A stretch of 63,285 bases of DNA, filler included, from Bonamia ostreae (taxonomy: Eukaryota), in assembly GCA_040357525.1 (NCBI GenBank). It is 50 parts of 50 records of this genome, joined end to end, with 100 filler letters (N's around TTAATTAATTAA, not from the genome) between each part and the next. Parts side by side here need not be neighbours in the genome. Positions count along the whole stretch, not along the records: positions 36,880 to 38,046 come from JBDODL010002471.1; positions 38,147 to 39,312 come from JBDODL010002472.1; positions 39,413 to 40,578 come from JBDODL010002473.1; positions 40,679 to 41,843 come from JBDODL010002474.1; positions 41,944 to 43,108 come from JBDODL010002475.1; positions 43,209 to 44,372 come from JBDODL010002476.1; positions 44,473 to 45,635 come from JBDODL010002477.1; positions 45,736 to 46,898 come from JBDODL010002478.1; 42 more parts are not named here. One strand, given 5' to 3'. The position numbers were made by a program, and so were the translations under genes. Of this stretch, positions 37,965 through 50,475 are shown piece after piece (the stretch's first letter is position 1; the number at the start of each line of letters is the position of its first letter). The notes below the pieces were generated by a model, which saw only the letters and a program-made list of their open reading frames with translations, searched no databases and had not been told where the DNA came from.

Positions 37965-39412
37965 CTAAATTTGTTGTTACAAAACATAAAAAGTATTTTT
38001 AAATCAATTAATTACAAAAAACAATGTTACAAAACATAAAAAGTATNNNNNNNNNNNNNNNNNNNNNNNNNNNNNNNNNNNNNNNNNNNNTTAATTAATT
38101 AANNNNNNNNNNNNNNNNNNNNNNNNNNNNNNNNNNNNNNNNNNNNAAGTGATCAGTCTCATAACACCTATAGTGAGTACAAAATAGAGAGCTTGGCAAA
38201 CATGGATATACCAGAGTTCATTTTTCTTTATTAGTCATACAGTAGTTTATTTCTGTGAATGGAACTATACCGTCATGAAATATCATGCGAATGTGGAGGT
38301 GTTGTATTCCAATATACGATCTGTCATACGTTCTGCAACAGGGAATGTACATAACAACAGACATCCGGAACTGGTTTACAGAAACAAATGAGCGTCATTT
38401 AATGGTCAACCTCCTCTTCTGCCTTATAATGCCACTAAAAATGTGTGGTAAAACATGAGACATCATCCAAATTGGAAAACTTCATTGATGAGCGTCTGGA
38501 TGGGTGTGGATCAGTCACAAAGAAAATCTTGTAGACAGTGTATGTATAAATCAGCGAATTGTTCAACATTTAGAGAGGCAGAGAGATCTTACTGATCATT
38601 GGTGTTAAAGATATCAAACTAAAACCACTTAATATACATACGTATTAACTAAACAAAATTGTTTCCAAATTAAATTATCGTCAAAATAGCCATGATTGTG
38701 TTATATATTATCTCAGTTAAACAAAATATCTGAAAAGAAATAAATCGAATGTTTACGAGTAGGTTCCTTTTTGATTGATTTTCGTTTGGACATCTTAAGT
38801 TGGTCCCAATTGCATAATGTAAGCATTGTGGCCGCCTTAGTCACATGTGGTCGAAAAGAAAATAGCGTCCGTAAATTGGACATTGGGAAAATATCACTTG
38901 GTATCACTTGGTATGCTGATAAGACTATCACGTCTTCAGCACTCTGTTTGTTTTGGGAAAAAAGTGTATAAAAAGACAGATTGTATTTTGAAACCACGTT
39001 CTTATTATTCAATAAGAACCGTAGTATTAATATCTTCATTAAAAAAATTAAATCTAACAAAAAATTTGAAGTATTTGTAATTTGAAAATTATTTTTATTG
39101 AAATTTTCTCCTAAGAATAGAAATCTCAAATGTGTGTCATTGTCATTGAAATATGAAAAGTAGATGTCGGTAATGGAAGGAATTTCTGATCAAAATCCCG
39201 GTAGTGCTGAAACAAAATTTCACTTATCATTGGTCATAATAATCGTTGTTCTGGTTGAGCAGTTCTATCGAGCTCTTCATACACATGTGCTAAAGTGTAC
39301 ATATACAAGTACNNNNNNNNNNNNNNNNNNNNNNNNNNNNNNNNNNNNNNNNNNNNTTAATTAATTAANNNNNNNNNNNNNNNNNNNNNNNNNNNNNNNN
39401 NNNNNNNNNNNN

Positions 39413-39642
39413 AAACAGACTTTGCACAAACTTCCTCCAATGTCAAGACTGATCACTCTATCTGAAGGGCTATTTGTAGAAAATCGCTTTGGTGCGATTT
39501 TCTTTTTCGACAAATTTTGCGTTTTGGAATTTGTGTTTTTGAGATAGTTCTTAATAAAATTTATTGTTTTTGCGGGGTCCTCTTGTTTTGACAAATCGTC
39601 TTTTAGGTCGCTAAGAAACTTATCCAAATTTTGAGCCGACAT
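39413..39642 (-). CDS. Type II (eukaryotic) pantothenate kinase, N-terminus
   Basis: ISLDIGGSLCKV ATP-binding motif at the contig edge. Confidence 0.7.
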
Positions 39643-39889
39643 TAATGACACGAGCTTGAATTTTGGCTATTTTATTGGATATGTTTAAAAAGTAAGGCTG
39701 GTTTTGGCGCATTAATTTCGCTATTCCTAAAAAAAGCAAATAAGCCTTCTCTCCAAGGGCAGCATTTATGTCCTCATTGTACGATTTATGCTCTGTCACA
39801 AGTCGACTTATGATACCCCCTTAGACACAACAATATCTTTAGAGATTGGAAAGATGAAGGAAGATAAATAACGGAAGGAAGATAAATTC

Positions 39890-39897
39890 AAAAAAAA
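39890..39897 (-). terminator. Pol III oligo-T terminator of the SRP RNA
   Basis: T8 run immediately after the 3' strand of helix 5. Confidence 0.75.
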
Positions 39898-40185
39898 CTG
39901 CAGTCAAAGCTGGACAACCTAAGCAATTCCACCGTTCCATTCTCTCTTGCAATCCGCCCACGAGTTCCAAGCACGAGGTAAACGCTGCTCCGTTACCCGG
40001 CCTGACGCGGTATCCCCGCTTTCAACGACTGCGATAAATTTTCCTCCGAAAAGTTTCCACAGCCGACTCAGAACTTGGACTGGACAAGAGATCAACATGA
40101 AACAATGGCCCTAAGTCGTCTACAACACTTATTCAAACAGCTTTAGTCCCCGCTTGGGCTACAAGTCTGCGCTAAAAGACCCGAC
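39898..40185 (-). ncRNA. Eukaryotic SRP (7SL) RNA, about 288 nt
   Basis: Alu domain GUCGGGUC..GACUUGUAGCCCAAGCGGGGAC with UGUNR; long helix 5 (UAAAGCUG/CAGCUUUG, CCAUUGUUUCAU/AUGGAACGGUGG, UCUCUUGU/GCAAGAGA); helix 6 UUUUC-GGAG-GAAAA; helix 8 CAGG-CCG-GGUAA-CGG-AGCAG. Confidence 0.93.
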
Positions 40186-41019
40186 AACAAAATTACAAAG
40201 ATCATATATATACTTGATAAATTATTTGGAAAAAGAAATGGGATTTAGGCTTAATTCAATAATAATATTTGCTATAATTTAAAAGATAGAAATATTTTGG
40301 TATTTTAAAAACTGAAATTATTAATATGCACAAAAGTATTATAATTATCTGAATAACTTTTTTTATTTCTCTTATCGTATATAAAAGCTGCGAATAATGG
40401 CAACTTTTGATTTCTTCACTTTGCTGAAAGAAAAAAGTGATGACATCACAATTAATTGTTATTCTGAAACAGACGCTTCGCAATTTAGGGTTCGGTCAAA
40501 GGGCTATTTGGAGGATTGGTTATAAAAATCAAAAGATAATTATTTGTTCAACATCGAAAACTGATTTAATTTCAAATTNNNNNNNNNNNNNNNNNNNNNN
40601 NNNNNNNNNNNNNNNNNNNNNNTTAATTAATTAANNNNNNNNNNNNNNNNNNNNNNNNNNNNNNNNNNNNNNNNNNNNACTTCCTCTAAATAAATATTAA
40701 ACTTTGCACTCCACATCTAATCAGTCGAATAAAGGATTGTTATGATTATACAATTTGATACTACTTATTGCTTTCAATCATGGACTTTGTAGTTTAAAAT
40801 TTTCAAACACAAATCATACAATTATAGTCTAAAAATACAAGACAAACATCGTATGCAAAAACTGAAAGGATGAGCAGTTATTGGTTATTACAGTTTATCA
40901 TCTTTTAATTATAACATAACTATATATGTACATACATACAATGATCACACGATTGTATTCCTCAGAGTGCATGCATTTACAAGTTAGAATTTCTACTGTA
41001 GTTTTGATTCAATATTCAG

Positions 41020-41811
41020 TTAGTAGTTATTCATAAAGGCATATGAATCTTGTATGATTTTTTCCAACATCCTCTCAACATGTTCTAATTTTTCTGTTAG
41101 TCTACCTAAACATTCCTGTTGTTCAATTATTTGTTCCCGATTATCAGAGAGATCTTTGATTGTTTCTTTTAGGAACTCAATTCTTTTGTCAAATATATTG
41201 TGTGTTAGCGTTTCTATGAGTTTATGCAATACACTCCCATACACTCTATTTAGTGCGTCACATACAAGCGTACAACAGGTTGTTTTGTATTTTGCATATT
41301 CCTCATCTATTATCTTCTTTTTCCTGGCATCCCTTCCCAAAAAGGCAATGACTGGTGCTATAAAAGGTAACGACACGATTGCGATGACAACAGCGGTAGC
41401 CAATAATGGAATCCATATTGGGGACGTAGCAATAAGACCAGCAAAAAAAGGTGCATGAGATTCACCTCTGTAGGACACAGCTTCCTCGATTTCTTTCTCA
41501 TCAGACCCTTTCAATTCATTTTCCATGGTTTTTAATTCTGATGACAACTTTTCATAGTATTGCAATATTTCATCTTGAATCTCATTGAACTCTCCAATAA
41601 CCTCCGGACAATTTACGATACTATCAATATAGCGTCTTACTCTATAACCCACCGCATCATCTAGTGACGAAGAACTCTCTTTTATGATTGGTTTCCTTCC
41701 CCTCGGATTCAATATATTTTTCTTTCCTTCATCCGAAGACATGTAACGCAAACTTTTGGTTGCTTGATCATCTATAAACTTTCTCATGCGGTTGCTCCAT
41801 TTTGCTACATT
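41020..41811 (-). CDS. Host uncharacterised protein, last exon; resembles the C-terminus of bivalve dynamin-like/mitofusin-like GTPases
   Basis: Helical region, hydrophobic hairpin (AGLIATSPIWIPLL..) and terminal coiled coil; the GTPase domain is not in the contig. Confidence 0.55.
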   Translation of the reverse strand, partial: NVAKWSNRMRKFIDDQATKSLRYMSSDEGKKNILNPRGRKPIIKESSSSLDDAVGYRVRRYIDSIVNCPEVIGEFNEIQDEILQYYEKLSSELKTMENELKGSDEKEIEEAVSYRGESHAPFFAGLIATSPIWIPLLATAVVIAIVSLPFIAPVIAFLGRDARKKKIIDEEYAKYKTTCCTLVCDALNRVYGSVLHKLIETLTHNIFDKRIEFLKETIKDLSDNREQIIEQQECLGRLTEKLEHVERMLEKIIQDSYAFMNNY

Positions 41812-41943
41812 CTAAAATGTTTTAAGATGTACAAACATTATGANNNNNNNNNNNNNNNNNNNNNNNNNNNNNNNNNNNNNNNNNNNNTTAATTAATTAAN
41901 NNNNNNNNNNNNNNNNNNNNNNNNNNNNNNNNNNNNNNNNNNN

Positions 41944-42157
41944 AGCAGAAAAACTGAAGTCGAAAAGATATGATTTGATATGTAATATCGTTCACGACGG
42001 AGAGGATAGCAAAAACGGCGTGAAGAGAGCTTATGTTCTACATAAAGCGAACAACAAATGGTACGAAACTCACGATTTGAATATCAACGAGAGCATTGCG
42101 CAGCTTGTATCAGTAGCTGAGAGCTACATTCAAATTTGGGAACTAAAAGATTTATAA
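41944..42157 (+). CDS. USP39: U4/U6.U5 tri-snRNP protein Sad1/USP39, C-terminus
   Basis: YDLICNIVHDG..VLHKANNKWYETHDL..AQLVSVAESYIQIWE. Confidence 0.88.
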
Positions 42158-42677
42158 TTTTTCCAATAAATCTTTAAATGATCTGTCCAAATAATTTTAA
42201 AAATTATTCTGTCCAAACTTTTTTCAGATTGATCAAATTTTTCAATAAGATCATCGTTTAACATTGCAATTTTTTATATTTTGTTAGTTTTTCTCGAAAA
42301 AGTACGTTGTTCCGCCAATTCATTTTTGTTCAAATTTGCTTTTCCATTGTTTAAATAAATTTGCTCATCCGTTTTAATGATTTTTGCTGATTCAAAAGTC
42401 AATCCAAATTTAGTTGCCGTTTCTTGAGGTTAGTTATCTTTTATATCTTAACGCAATTGGAAGATTGTTCTTCACTTAAATTTACATTATTTAACGTGTT
42501 TTCAGATTGTATGGACTGGCTAATAGAGTCATTTGAATTCATTTTATATTTGCCATTTAAATAATGTTTTTTGGGCAGATAAAAAATCTTTAACAAAAAA
42601 TCGATTTTTAACAAAAAAATCTTTGACTAAGAATTGTTTGTATAATATTTAAACTAAAAATTTTAAAAGTGCTCAAT

Positions 42678-42749
42678 GGTCCTATGGTGTAACGGCTATC
42701 ACACGAGACTCTGAATCTCGTAATCTGGGTTCGAATCCCGGTAGGACCT
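42678..42749 (+). tRNA. tRNA-Gln (anticodon CTG)
   Basis: 72-nt cloverleaf: acceptor GGTCCTA/TAGGACC, anticodon stem CGAGA-CTCTGAA-TCTCG, T-loop TTCGAAT. Confidence 0.96.
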
Positions 42750-43321
42750 TATTAATAAATTTTGTCTTTTTGAAATGACTATTTTGTTCGTTTGGCAAAT
42801 TAAAAGAGCTAACGAGGAAATTAGTTTCGAGGATTTTCGACTATGAGATTTTGCTCAGTACAAGACGGAATTTGGCAATAAAGTTTTCATTATTAAAACA
42901 AAATTAAATAAAGAATACAAAATTGAATTTATTAAAAAGACTTTCTGGTTTTCTTTTTAGTTTTCTCTTTTTTATCGTTGTTCAAAAAAGTGCTTTTGTC
43001 TTTGGAAGAAAAGAATTTTATCAATTTTTTTCTTTTCATTATTCTTTTTTCTGGCGCATTATATTTCAGTTTTATATTCAGTTTTCCCAAAATAAAGCAA
43101 CCATCCGGNNNNNNNNNNNNNNNNNNNNNNNNNNNNNNNNNNNNNNNNNNNNTTAATTAATTAANNNNNNNNNNNNNNNNNNNNNNNNNNNNNNNNNNNN
43201 NNNNNNNNTAATATAATTGGTAACGTTGATTAAAATGTAGTGCACGATACACTAATAGCATGCAGGAATATTATTCCATATAATGTTTCTATGGTATTTC
43301 TAATTTTGGAACTGATGAATT

Positions 43322-43454
43322 CCGTTTTGCTATTTGTCAGGTGCGAAGTGTGCCGAGATTAATAACGGTGAAAGACCAATCCAAGGTAGCGGACACGAAC
43401 GAGCAAAGTGTCAGAAGTGTCCCGGGTTTTATCTGTCCACTGACGCATACAAAT
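43322..43454 (+). CDS. Host exon of a Cys-containing uncharacterised bivalve protein
   Basis: AG|GAKCAEINNGERPIQG..KCQKCPGFYLSTDAYK|GT. Confidence 0.5.
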
Positions 43455-46400
43455 GTATGTAGTATAGTTGTCTAGTTTGAACATTTTTAAACTTTTTTGA
43501 ACATTTTTAAAGGTATTAGATAATTGTTTGGTGAATTGTATGAAATGTAAAATACCGTCTTACTTTTAAGTGTTTGATTTCGTTTTGACGTTCAATATGA
43601 TACACTTAAGTGTTACATATTAATCGTTTTTAACTATAGATCTTTTGAAATATCTGGGAACTCTAAATATGTATACAAAGATATAGGGCACACATTGGTC
43701 AACAGGAAATACGTACGTGAGCCACCTCTTGTATGTTCAGAAATTCGTGTTAGCCAAAATCTTAATTTTATATTGTGTTTAGGAATTATGAGATTTATTA
43801 CTGTTTGTCATCTTCACATTTTCATTAAGTATACCCAAGTGTTCGGAACAATAAACATTAATAAAACTATGAAGCATTCCCTCTGTATCTCGGTCTTATT
43901 ATTACCACTTCTTGCCTGTAACAAGCCGGTATTCAATGTTTAGGACAGTTCTTGCAACTGCTTGCATGCATCTAAAACTGTTCATAAACAAAAAAAGGTA
44001 GTATATGATCCATATGACCCAAGCTTGATAACGTAATATCTCTTGTAGGAGTACAAAGGTCTCGTGTACTTAGAAACAGCAAGGAAAAAGATCATTCTTT
44101 CCCGATTTTTCTTTTCTGAAATTGAGATGTATGGATTTTGCTTTTCTTTTTAGCAGAAATATTTCTGATAAGTGTGTAATAACAAATGAAAATGAGGAAT
44201 TGATACTGAACGATACGGCTACATTTTTCATATTATTGCAGACCATTCTTGCTATGACGCTGTTAAAAAGAAGAAAAAAGATGAAGATGTAGAGATGGAA
44301 ACTACCTCTGATTATTTGCATGTATTGTGGTAAGAGTTTAGAAGACCTTTCTCTCTCGTTACTGCAGTTGATNNNNNNNNNNNNNNNNNNNNNNNNNNNN
44401 NNNNNNNNNNNNNNNNTTAATTAATTAANNNNNNNNNNNNNNNNNNNNNNNNNNNNNNNNNNNNNNNNNNNNGTTGCGGGGCATCACGATGAAGAGTGGC
44501 GCGTCCACAGGCACTCCCCAGACATCGGTCAGGCGGAGAGTGGACCAGATTATGCAGTGAAAATATGAAATAAATTAGTGAAATTGTGAATATTGGGTGA
44601 ACTTATCACATTCAAGCACGGTATTTTGTGACAAAAAATTTACTTATCGTGATTTTTGTCAGGCAAAGTGTTATAGGATGCTTAAGTTTCATATACTTTA
44701 TCTATTGTTTAGATTGCAGTATATCGTGTAAATAGATTTATTCGTCTCTGTAATGAATAAAACACCAGAAAGAAAATGTCTTTGATATTGCAAAATTTAA
44801 CATATGTCTTGTTGTGACCTTCAAATTGATGATATTTTTTCATATGCAAATTGATCAATGTTCTTCTATATGCATACAGAAATTCAGGAATGAGGTGCGT
44901 GTATCTGGTAGCTGTTATCCACCAACAAATTTATTAGACAACTGACAGGTGTGATATCCCCCTCCTTAGTGTATTAAAAAAAGCACAAATCAAAATATTT
45001 AATTTGAAATAACTTTATACATACATTGTTGAGGAAATGTCCACTTATCAATTAGTAGACGTGCTATAAATAGCAGTATATAGTTAGATAATTATGTTTC
45101 AAATCTAGTGTTTGTAGATACCGGAGATAATGCATATTTACTATGTAGGCCTTTCGGTGTGTTATTAAAATGAACATACTTTATATAACAAAGTTAAACT
45201 ATAAATGCATACGTCATAAATCAGCAACCCAAAATTAAAAAAAAAAATCAAGATTTATTTTATCGTTAGAATACTCTACGTCGATTTAAAGGCTTTTCCA
45301 AATTAGAGTAGATGAAGCTATCAGAAAAGATTAAATTGATGAATCACATTACTTGTTGAAGAAAGAAGAAAATAGATAATTGATATCCAGGGAATTCCTC
45401 AACGGAAATAAAGCGAGATATACAGGAAATTGAAATCAATGTATAATTTTTCCTTCTTTGCTATTGACTTTACTTTTCATGCCAAACCAAAATTTCTCGG
45501 GGAAGCATATGGTCACCGTTGTGTCTGTCTGTCTGTCCGAACGAGCTCATATCTCCTAAACGTTCCATTACAAATTGATCTAGTTTGATTACAATTATTT
45601 TCTTTGAACAGGAACTTTTTAACCAATGTCATTTTNNNNNNNNNNNNNNNNNNNNNNNNNNNNNNNNNNNNNNNNNNNNTTAATTAATTAANNNNNNNNN
45701 NNNNNNNNNNNNNNNNNNNNNNNNNNNNNNNNNNNGCTAAACAATATTTAATCAATCACCGTTGGTATATATAAGTGTCGATTTGAAGATCACAGCAAAA
45801 TAAGTCTCTTTCACCATAAACTTTGAATAGTTTTTGACTATAGAAATTTAAGACAGGACACCTAACAAAGAATCATGAGTCGTACGCATGAGAATTGCAA
45901 CAGATTGTTGGAAGACCTAATTACCAAAATCATTGATGATATTATCTGTGTGGAACTACATCTTTTCAATATCAATTAACGAGTATTTGTGCGTAGACAT
46001 TCATGTTTTACATGACTGATCAAAGATATGATATGGAATTTCCCCCATGTCTTATTCCATTTTAAAGGTCCTGGAATTGCCAAACCTTTCATTTATACTG
46101 AGGAATAGTCCGGAGAAATTCTGATGTCTTACAGTTTAATGCTGTTGATTTATAAAAAGTTATGTGAATTTAAATTTACGGAAGGCTGTTGACATTTATT
46201 TTGATAGCAGATCATGGATGCGTTCAGAAGTAGTNNNNNNNNNNACGTCCTACATGCAATTTTTGTGATTTTATTGCATTTATTGGGATTAAATATATCG
46301 TATCAGAGATCATGTACATGTGTTTTTCTACAAAAAATATATTAAAGAAACTGATAAACTTGAAATCACAACATTTCTTCTTCAATCGACATTAAGACGT

Positions 46401-47532
46401 ATGACTTTTCAACACAACCATCATATACGGTTGATTTGTAAGAGAAGTTTCAGTAGCATTGTTTGGAGTCAGCATTTAGGAAATTCACTGGTTTTTGTAG
46501 TTGGTTTGTCATTTCAGATTGTCAATGAGTCAGGTGCTGTGTTGAGTATTTCAAACCAAATGTTAGACCCCCATTTAAAATTAATGATAGATTGTTCCGT
46601 TTGCAAGATCGGGATGTTAGCCTCAATTGTGATTGATTTCTAGGTCCCTGATCTTACCTCTCGTATCTGTAGGGATTGGTGTTTGCCAAACCCTTAAATT
46701 TGTTTTCCTTATGGGATTTTTTACATTTGTTGTCCTCATTTTTGGGTATTTTCTGGAAATTGACTTTCAACGAAATGTATGAAACATTTTGATTATGATT
46801 TTTTAGATCAACTGATTCAAAACGCAATAGATTGTGCTTGGTATGACCATTTTGTTTTAGATCGAGGGAGGTTACTAACAAACAAAAGTTGATGGTACNN
46901 NNNNNNNNNNNNNNNNNNNNNNNNNNNNNNNNNNNNNNNNNNTTAATTAATTAANNNNNNNNNNNNNNNNNNNNNNNNNNNNNNNNNNNNNNNNNNNNTT
47001 TAAATGTCGTTATTTGCAATAATCCGGTCTCTTAAAATTAAATTTTGCAAATTTATCTCAAAAGTTATTAATAATGTTTTCAAATAACTGGTCAAAAATA
47101 TTAAATTATTAATTTATTGTATTTCTTCAATATATTTATTTCCAACATCTTTACCTCCTAAAAAGATTGAAGACATCTCGAACTTTTTTCCCGACTTTTT
47201 ATTTTCACTTAAAGTTGTAATCGAATTCATCATTATATCAGCTATTCCAGTCATTGTTGTCAAAATTGTTAATACGAGTAGAGCTAAACGTTTGTCTTTA
47301 GAAACATTAAATTTAATTTTCCCAAATAAAAACATAAAATTACCATTTCCGAACAATTTTTAATTTTATTGAACAATTTAAAAGAATAAAAATGAATACT
47401 TATGTGGATTAATTTCTCAAAATTAAAATATGCATTTTATTTAGTTTTCCGAAACTTAACAAAAACGAATTTTAGTTATTGTTTTGTTTTTTTACTAACA
47501 ATTACTTAAACAACAAAAAAAGGAAATTAATA

Positions 47533-48084
47533 ATGGCTTTTATAAAATTTATTTTTGTTTTGCTATCAGCAATCACGTTTGTAAAAAACGACAACGATAA
47601 CACTGAAATCAATGCCGAAACCAGTGTTTGTAAAATAGATAATTTTAGTAAAATCAATTTTTAAAATAATTTATTTTTATCTAGTTTAAAATAATTTGAT
47701 CTTTTAATCAATCCCATCACATTTTTTAGTGAAATAAAGCAATTTTATATTCAAATTAAGACAAACCACAACAGAAGTTCAATCCCTTCAATACAAAATC
47801 CTTATATCTGCAATGTCAATGATATTCCAGATGGTTTCAAAGATTATTGGCAAAACTATACTATTCTGAATGACATCAATGTCGCCAAAAATCTTATCAG
47901 AAGATGGTTTCTATTCGATGTGGACAATAATTATATGCCAATTCTTCATTTTTATTGCGTTGATGGAAAATATGCTCATTTTGTCAACATCAGAGATTAC
48001 GAACCGTTTGGATATGCATTGTGTGTTAACGGTCATTTTTTGCCGCCTCCACTTTGTTTGGATTTACCAGAGTCTGAATCTGAA
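47533..48084 (+). CDS. Secreted Cys-containing orphan protein (protist), multi-exon, partial
   Basis: Signal peptide MAFIKFIFVLLSAITFVK; downstream open frame ICNVNDIPDGFKDYWQNY..FYCVDG..ALCVNGHFLPPPLC is missing from the ORF track; internal exon joins not resolved. Confidence 0.6.
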
Positions 48085-48641
48085 AGTAAATAAATGGTAA
48101 AAAAATTTGGCTGATTTAAAATCAATAATTTTATAAATTTGGTTGTCTGAAAATTTTGTAGNNNNNNNNNNNNNNNNNNNNNNNNNNNNNNNNNNNNNNN
48201 NNNNNTTAATTAATTAANNNNNNNNNNNNNNNNNNNNNNNNNNNNNNNNNNNNNNNNNNNNCTAAGTAATTTCTAATGTAATTTGCTGAAGAGTAATGTC
48301 TATAAATCAGAAGAAAAAGCAGATTTGTTGAGGTGAAAAACGTTTTGTTTTGTCATTGGTAAACAATTTACATTTAAAACATGCACACAGTATGACTGCT
48401 AGTATATTATTTTGTCATCAAAGCTATTTTGACGGCTCATATAAGGCCATCATACGTATGGCTAAAACGCATACATCAAAAACATGCCACTAAACGTTTA
48501 GTAGCTCTCTTACCTGTTATATACCATGCTATGTAATGTTTAGATAAATATTAGTACATGTTACAAGTTTTGGTTATATATGTTGCAGGAGATATGTCAA
48601 AATCGTATTCGCATAATTCCCATCCTTTTGTTTCGGTTAGA

Positions 48642-49010
48642 TCAAGGATGCTACAGATACATTCAACATAATTCCTTAACTACATCATCGTCTACAACTT
48701 CACCTGAGATGAAATATACGTCTACATCTCGACCTGTGACAAAACAAAGGAGCAATCAAGACATGTAAGTGAAATTATCTTAATCCAACGATGAATAAAG
48801 CACGTATTGTGTTCCTTTTCCAGGACAGTGTACCGTAAAAAATTATACAATTTCCTTTTTAGATCACCAATATGGATTTCTATAATAATTTTGGCAGCTG
48901 CCGTCGGAATTATAGCACTGGTAGTGTGGCGTTTTACTTCTAGAAAATTACACCAAACTACTGAAGATCAGCCAAACGAGCAAATGCGGGAAATGCTTAG
49001 CGTGAATTGA
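48642..49010 (+). CDS. Host single-pass membrane protein, last exons (Ser/Thr stalk plus TM)
   Basis: S/T-rich exon followed by SPIWISIIILAAAVGIIALVVWRF. Confidence 0.55.
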
Positions 49011-49523
49011 AGACCGTTTTTTTTTGGGCTAGGATAACGATGAACACCCGTGTATTACAGAGGGAAATAGGACCGACGGGTTGAATTCTTTTTTCCGTAG
49101 AGCAAAACACACAAAAATTAACATACCTTCATAATATCAATTTTTCAGCGTTTCACAGATATCTGTCACGGCATATATTTTTTAAAAGTACACAATATGT
49201 TGTCGATATTTATATTAAAAATTTAACAGTTTTGTACGTGTGCCATATTCACTCGACGTATAATTATGACGTCATCAGTTTGATTTTAGATTGAATCAAA
49301 CATAGATTATACGTCAGTAGTATAACATTTCCTGTTTGTTTCTTTCGATCTTAGTAGCTGCATGGATTATTCTACGCATGGATAAAACTTATATGGAAAT
49401 GAACTAAAAATTGTATACATGCTNNNNNNNNNNNNNNNNNNNNNNNNNNNNNNNNNNNNNNNNNNNNTTAATTAATTAANNNNNNNNNNNNNNNNNNNNN
49501 NNNNNNNNNNNNNNNNNNNNNNN

Positions 49524-50475
49524 CAAAATATTTCAAAAATTTGTCGATGGCGACAACCACAAATTTATTGACCAATAACGCCATAAAATTTTTCTGAAAA
49601 GTGTTTCGGCATTTTTTCTCTTCCTCGGTTAGTTCTTCTATTGTTATATCAAATAATTTTCTTGCGATTTCTATCAAACTGTCTTTTTCTTTTTTGTCAA
49701 AATTGAACAAAACTCAAATTAAATTTCAAAAAAATTATCATTTTTGTCAATTAATATTTATTTTATCAATTTGTTAAATAACCGCTCAAATTATTAAATT
49801 CGAAATCGATCGATTTATCAAGTTTTTTTGCAAAAAGTTTTGATCTCGAAAGAGAGTAAATCGCTAAACCCGTTGATTGCATATTCAAACGAGCTACAAT
49901 CTTTGACAAATCTGTCAATTTGTCGTAATTTTGTTTTAATAGCAAATCTTGGCTTTCTTCGGATAATCTTTGTTGTAACTCGATTTCACGGTCTTTCAAT
50001 TTTTTGAAAATTTCTTGTTCTGTTGTTTCAAATTCATAACAGTTCTTTGATTTTTAACGAAAAATAATAAACAATAAATAAGCGAATATTTAAAAATTAC
50101 ATTTTTGTGCAATATTTCGTTTAATAATTTTGAGGCGTTTTCGAATTCTGATATTTCGCAAAATTTTTCAATCTTTTCCGCGTTTTCTTTTATTTTAATA
50201 AAATTGTTTATTTTGCTTATGTCCTTTTCAATCTTTTCCTGAAGACTTTTGATACTCTCAATTCTTTTTTTCACGGCCAAAGTTATATCGCAACACTCTC
50301 CGAATTGATTAAGAATCGAATTGTAATTTTGTCCAAAATCAACTAAGTCCAAAAACGTCTTTTTAAGTGGTTCTATTTCCGAAGCTTTAGAGACGACAAA
50401 TAGTTTTTCGAGGACCGCGAGAGATGATTCTAAAGTTGGATTTTGCTGGTTATCCTCGTTCTCTTTCTTTGCCAT
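49524..50475 (-). CDS. COG complex subunit 4-like protein, 5' part
   Basis: Three ORFs joined by GT-AG introns; coiled-coil N-terminus ending SEFENASKLL resembles COG4. Confidence 0.55.

Noticed and set aside
39729-39828. Calling the structured element U5, U4, U6 or U6atac
   Set aside because: No GCCUUUUAC loop, no U4 kink-turn partner, and no AGC triad/ISL; kept only as an unidentified candidate.
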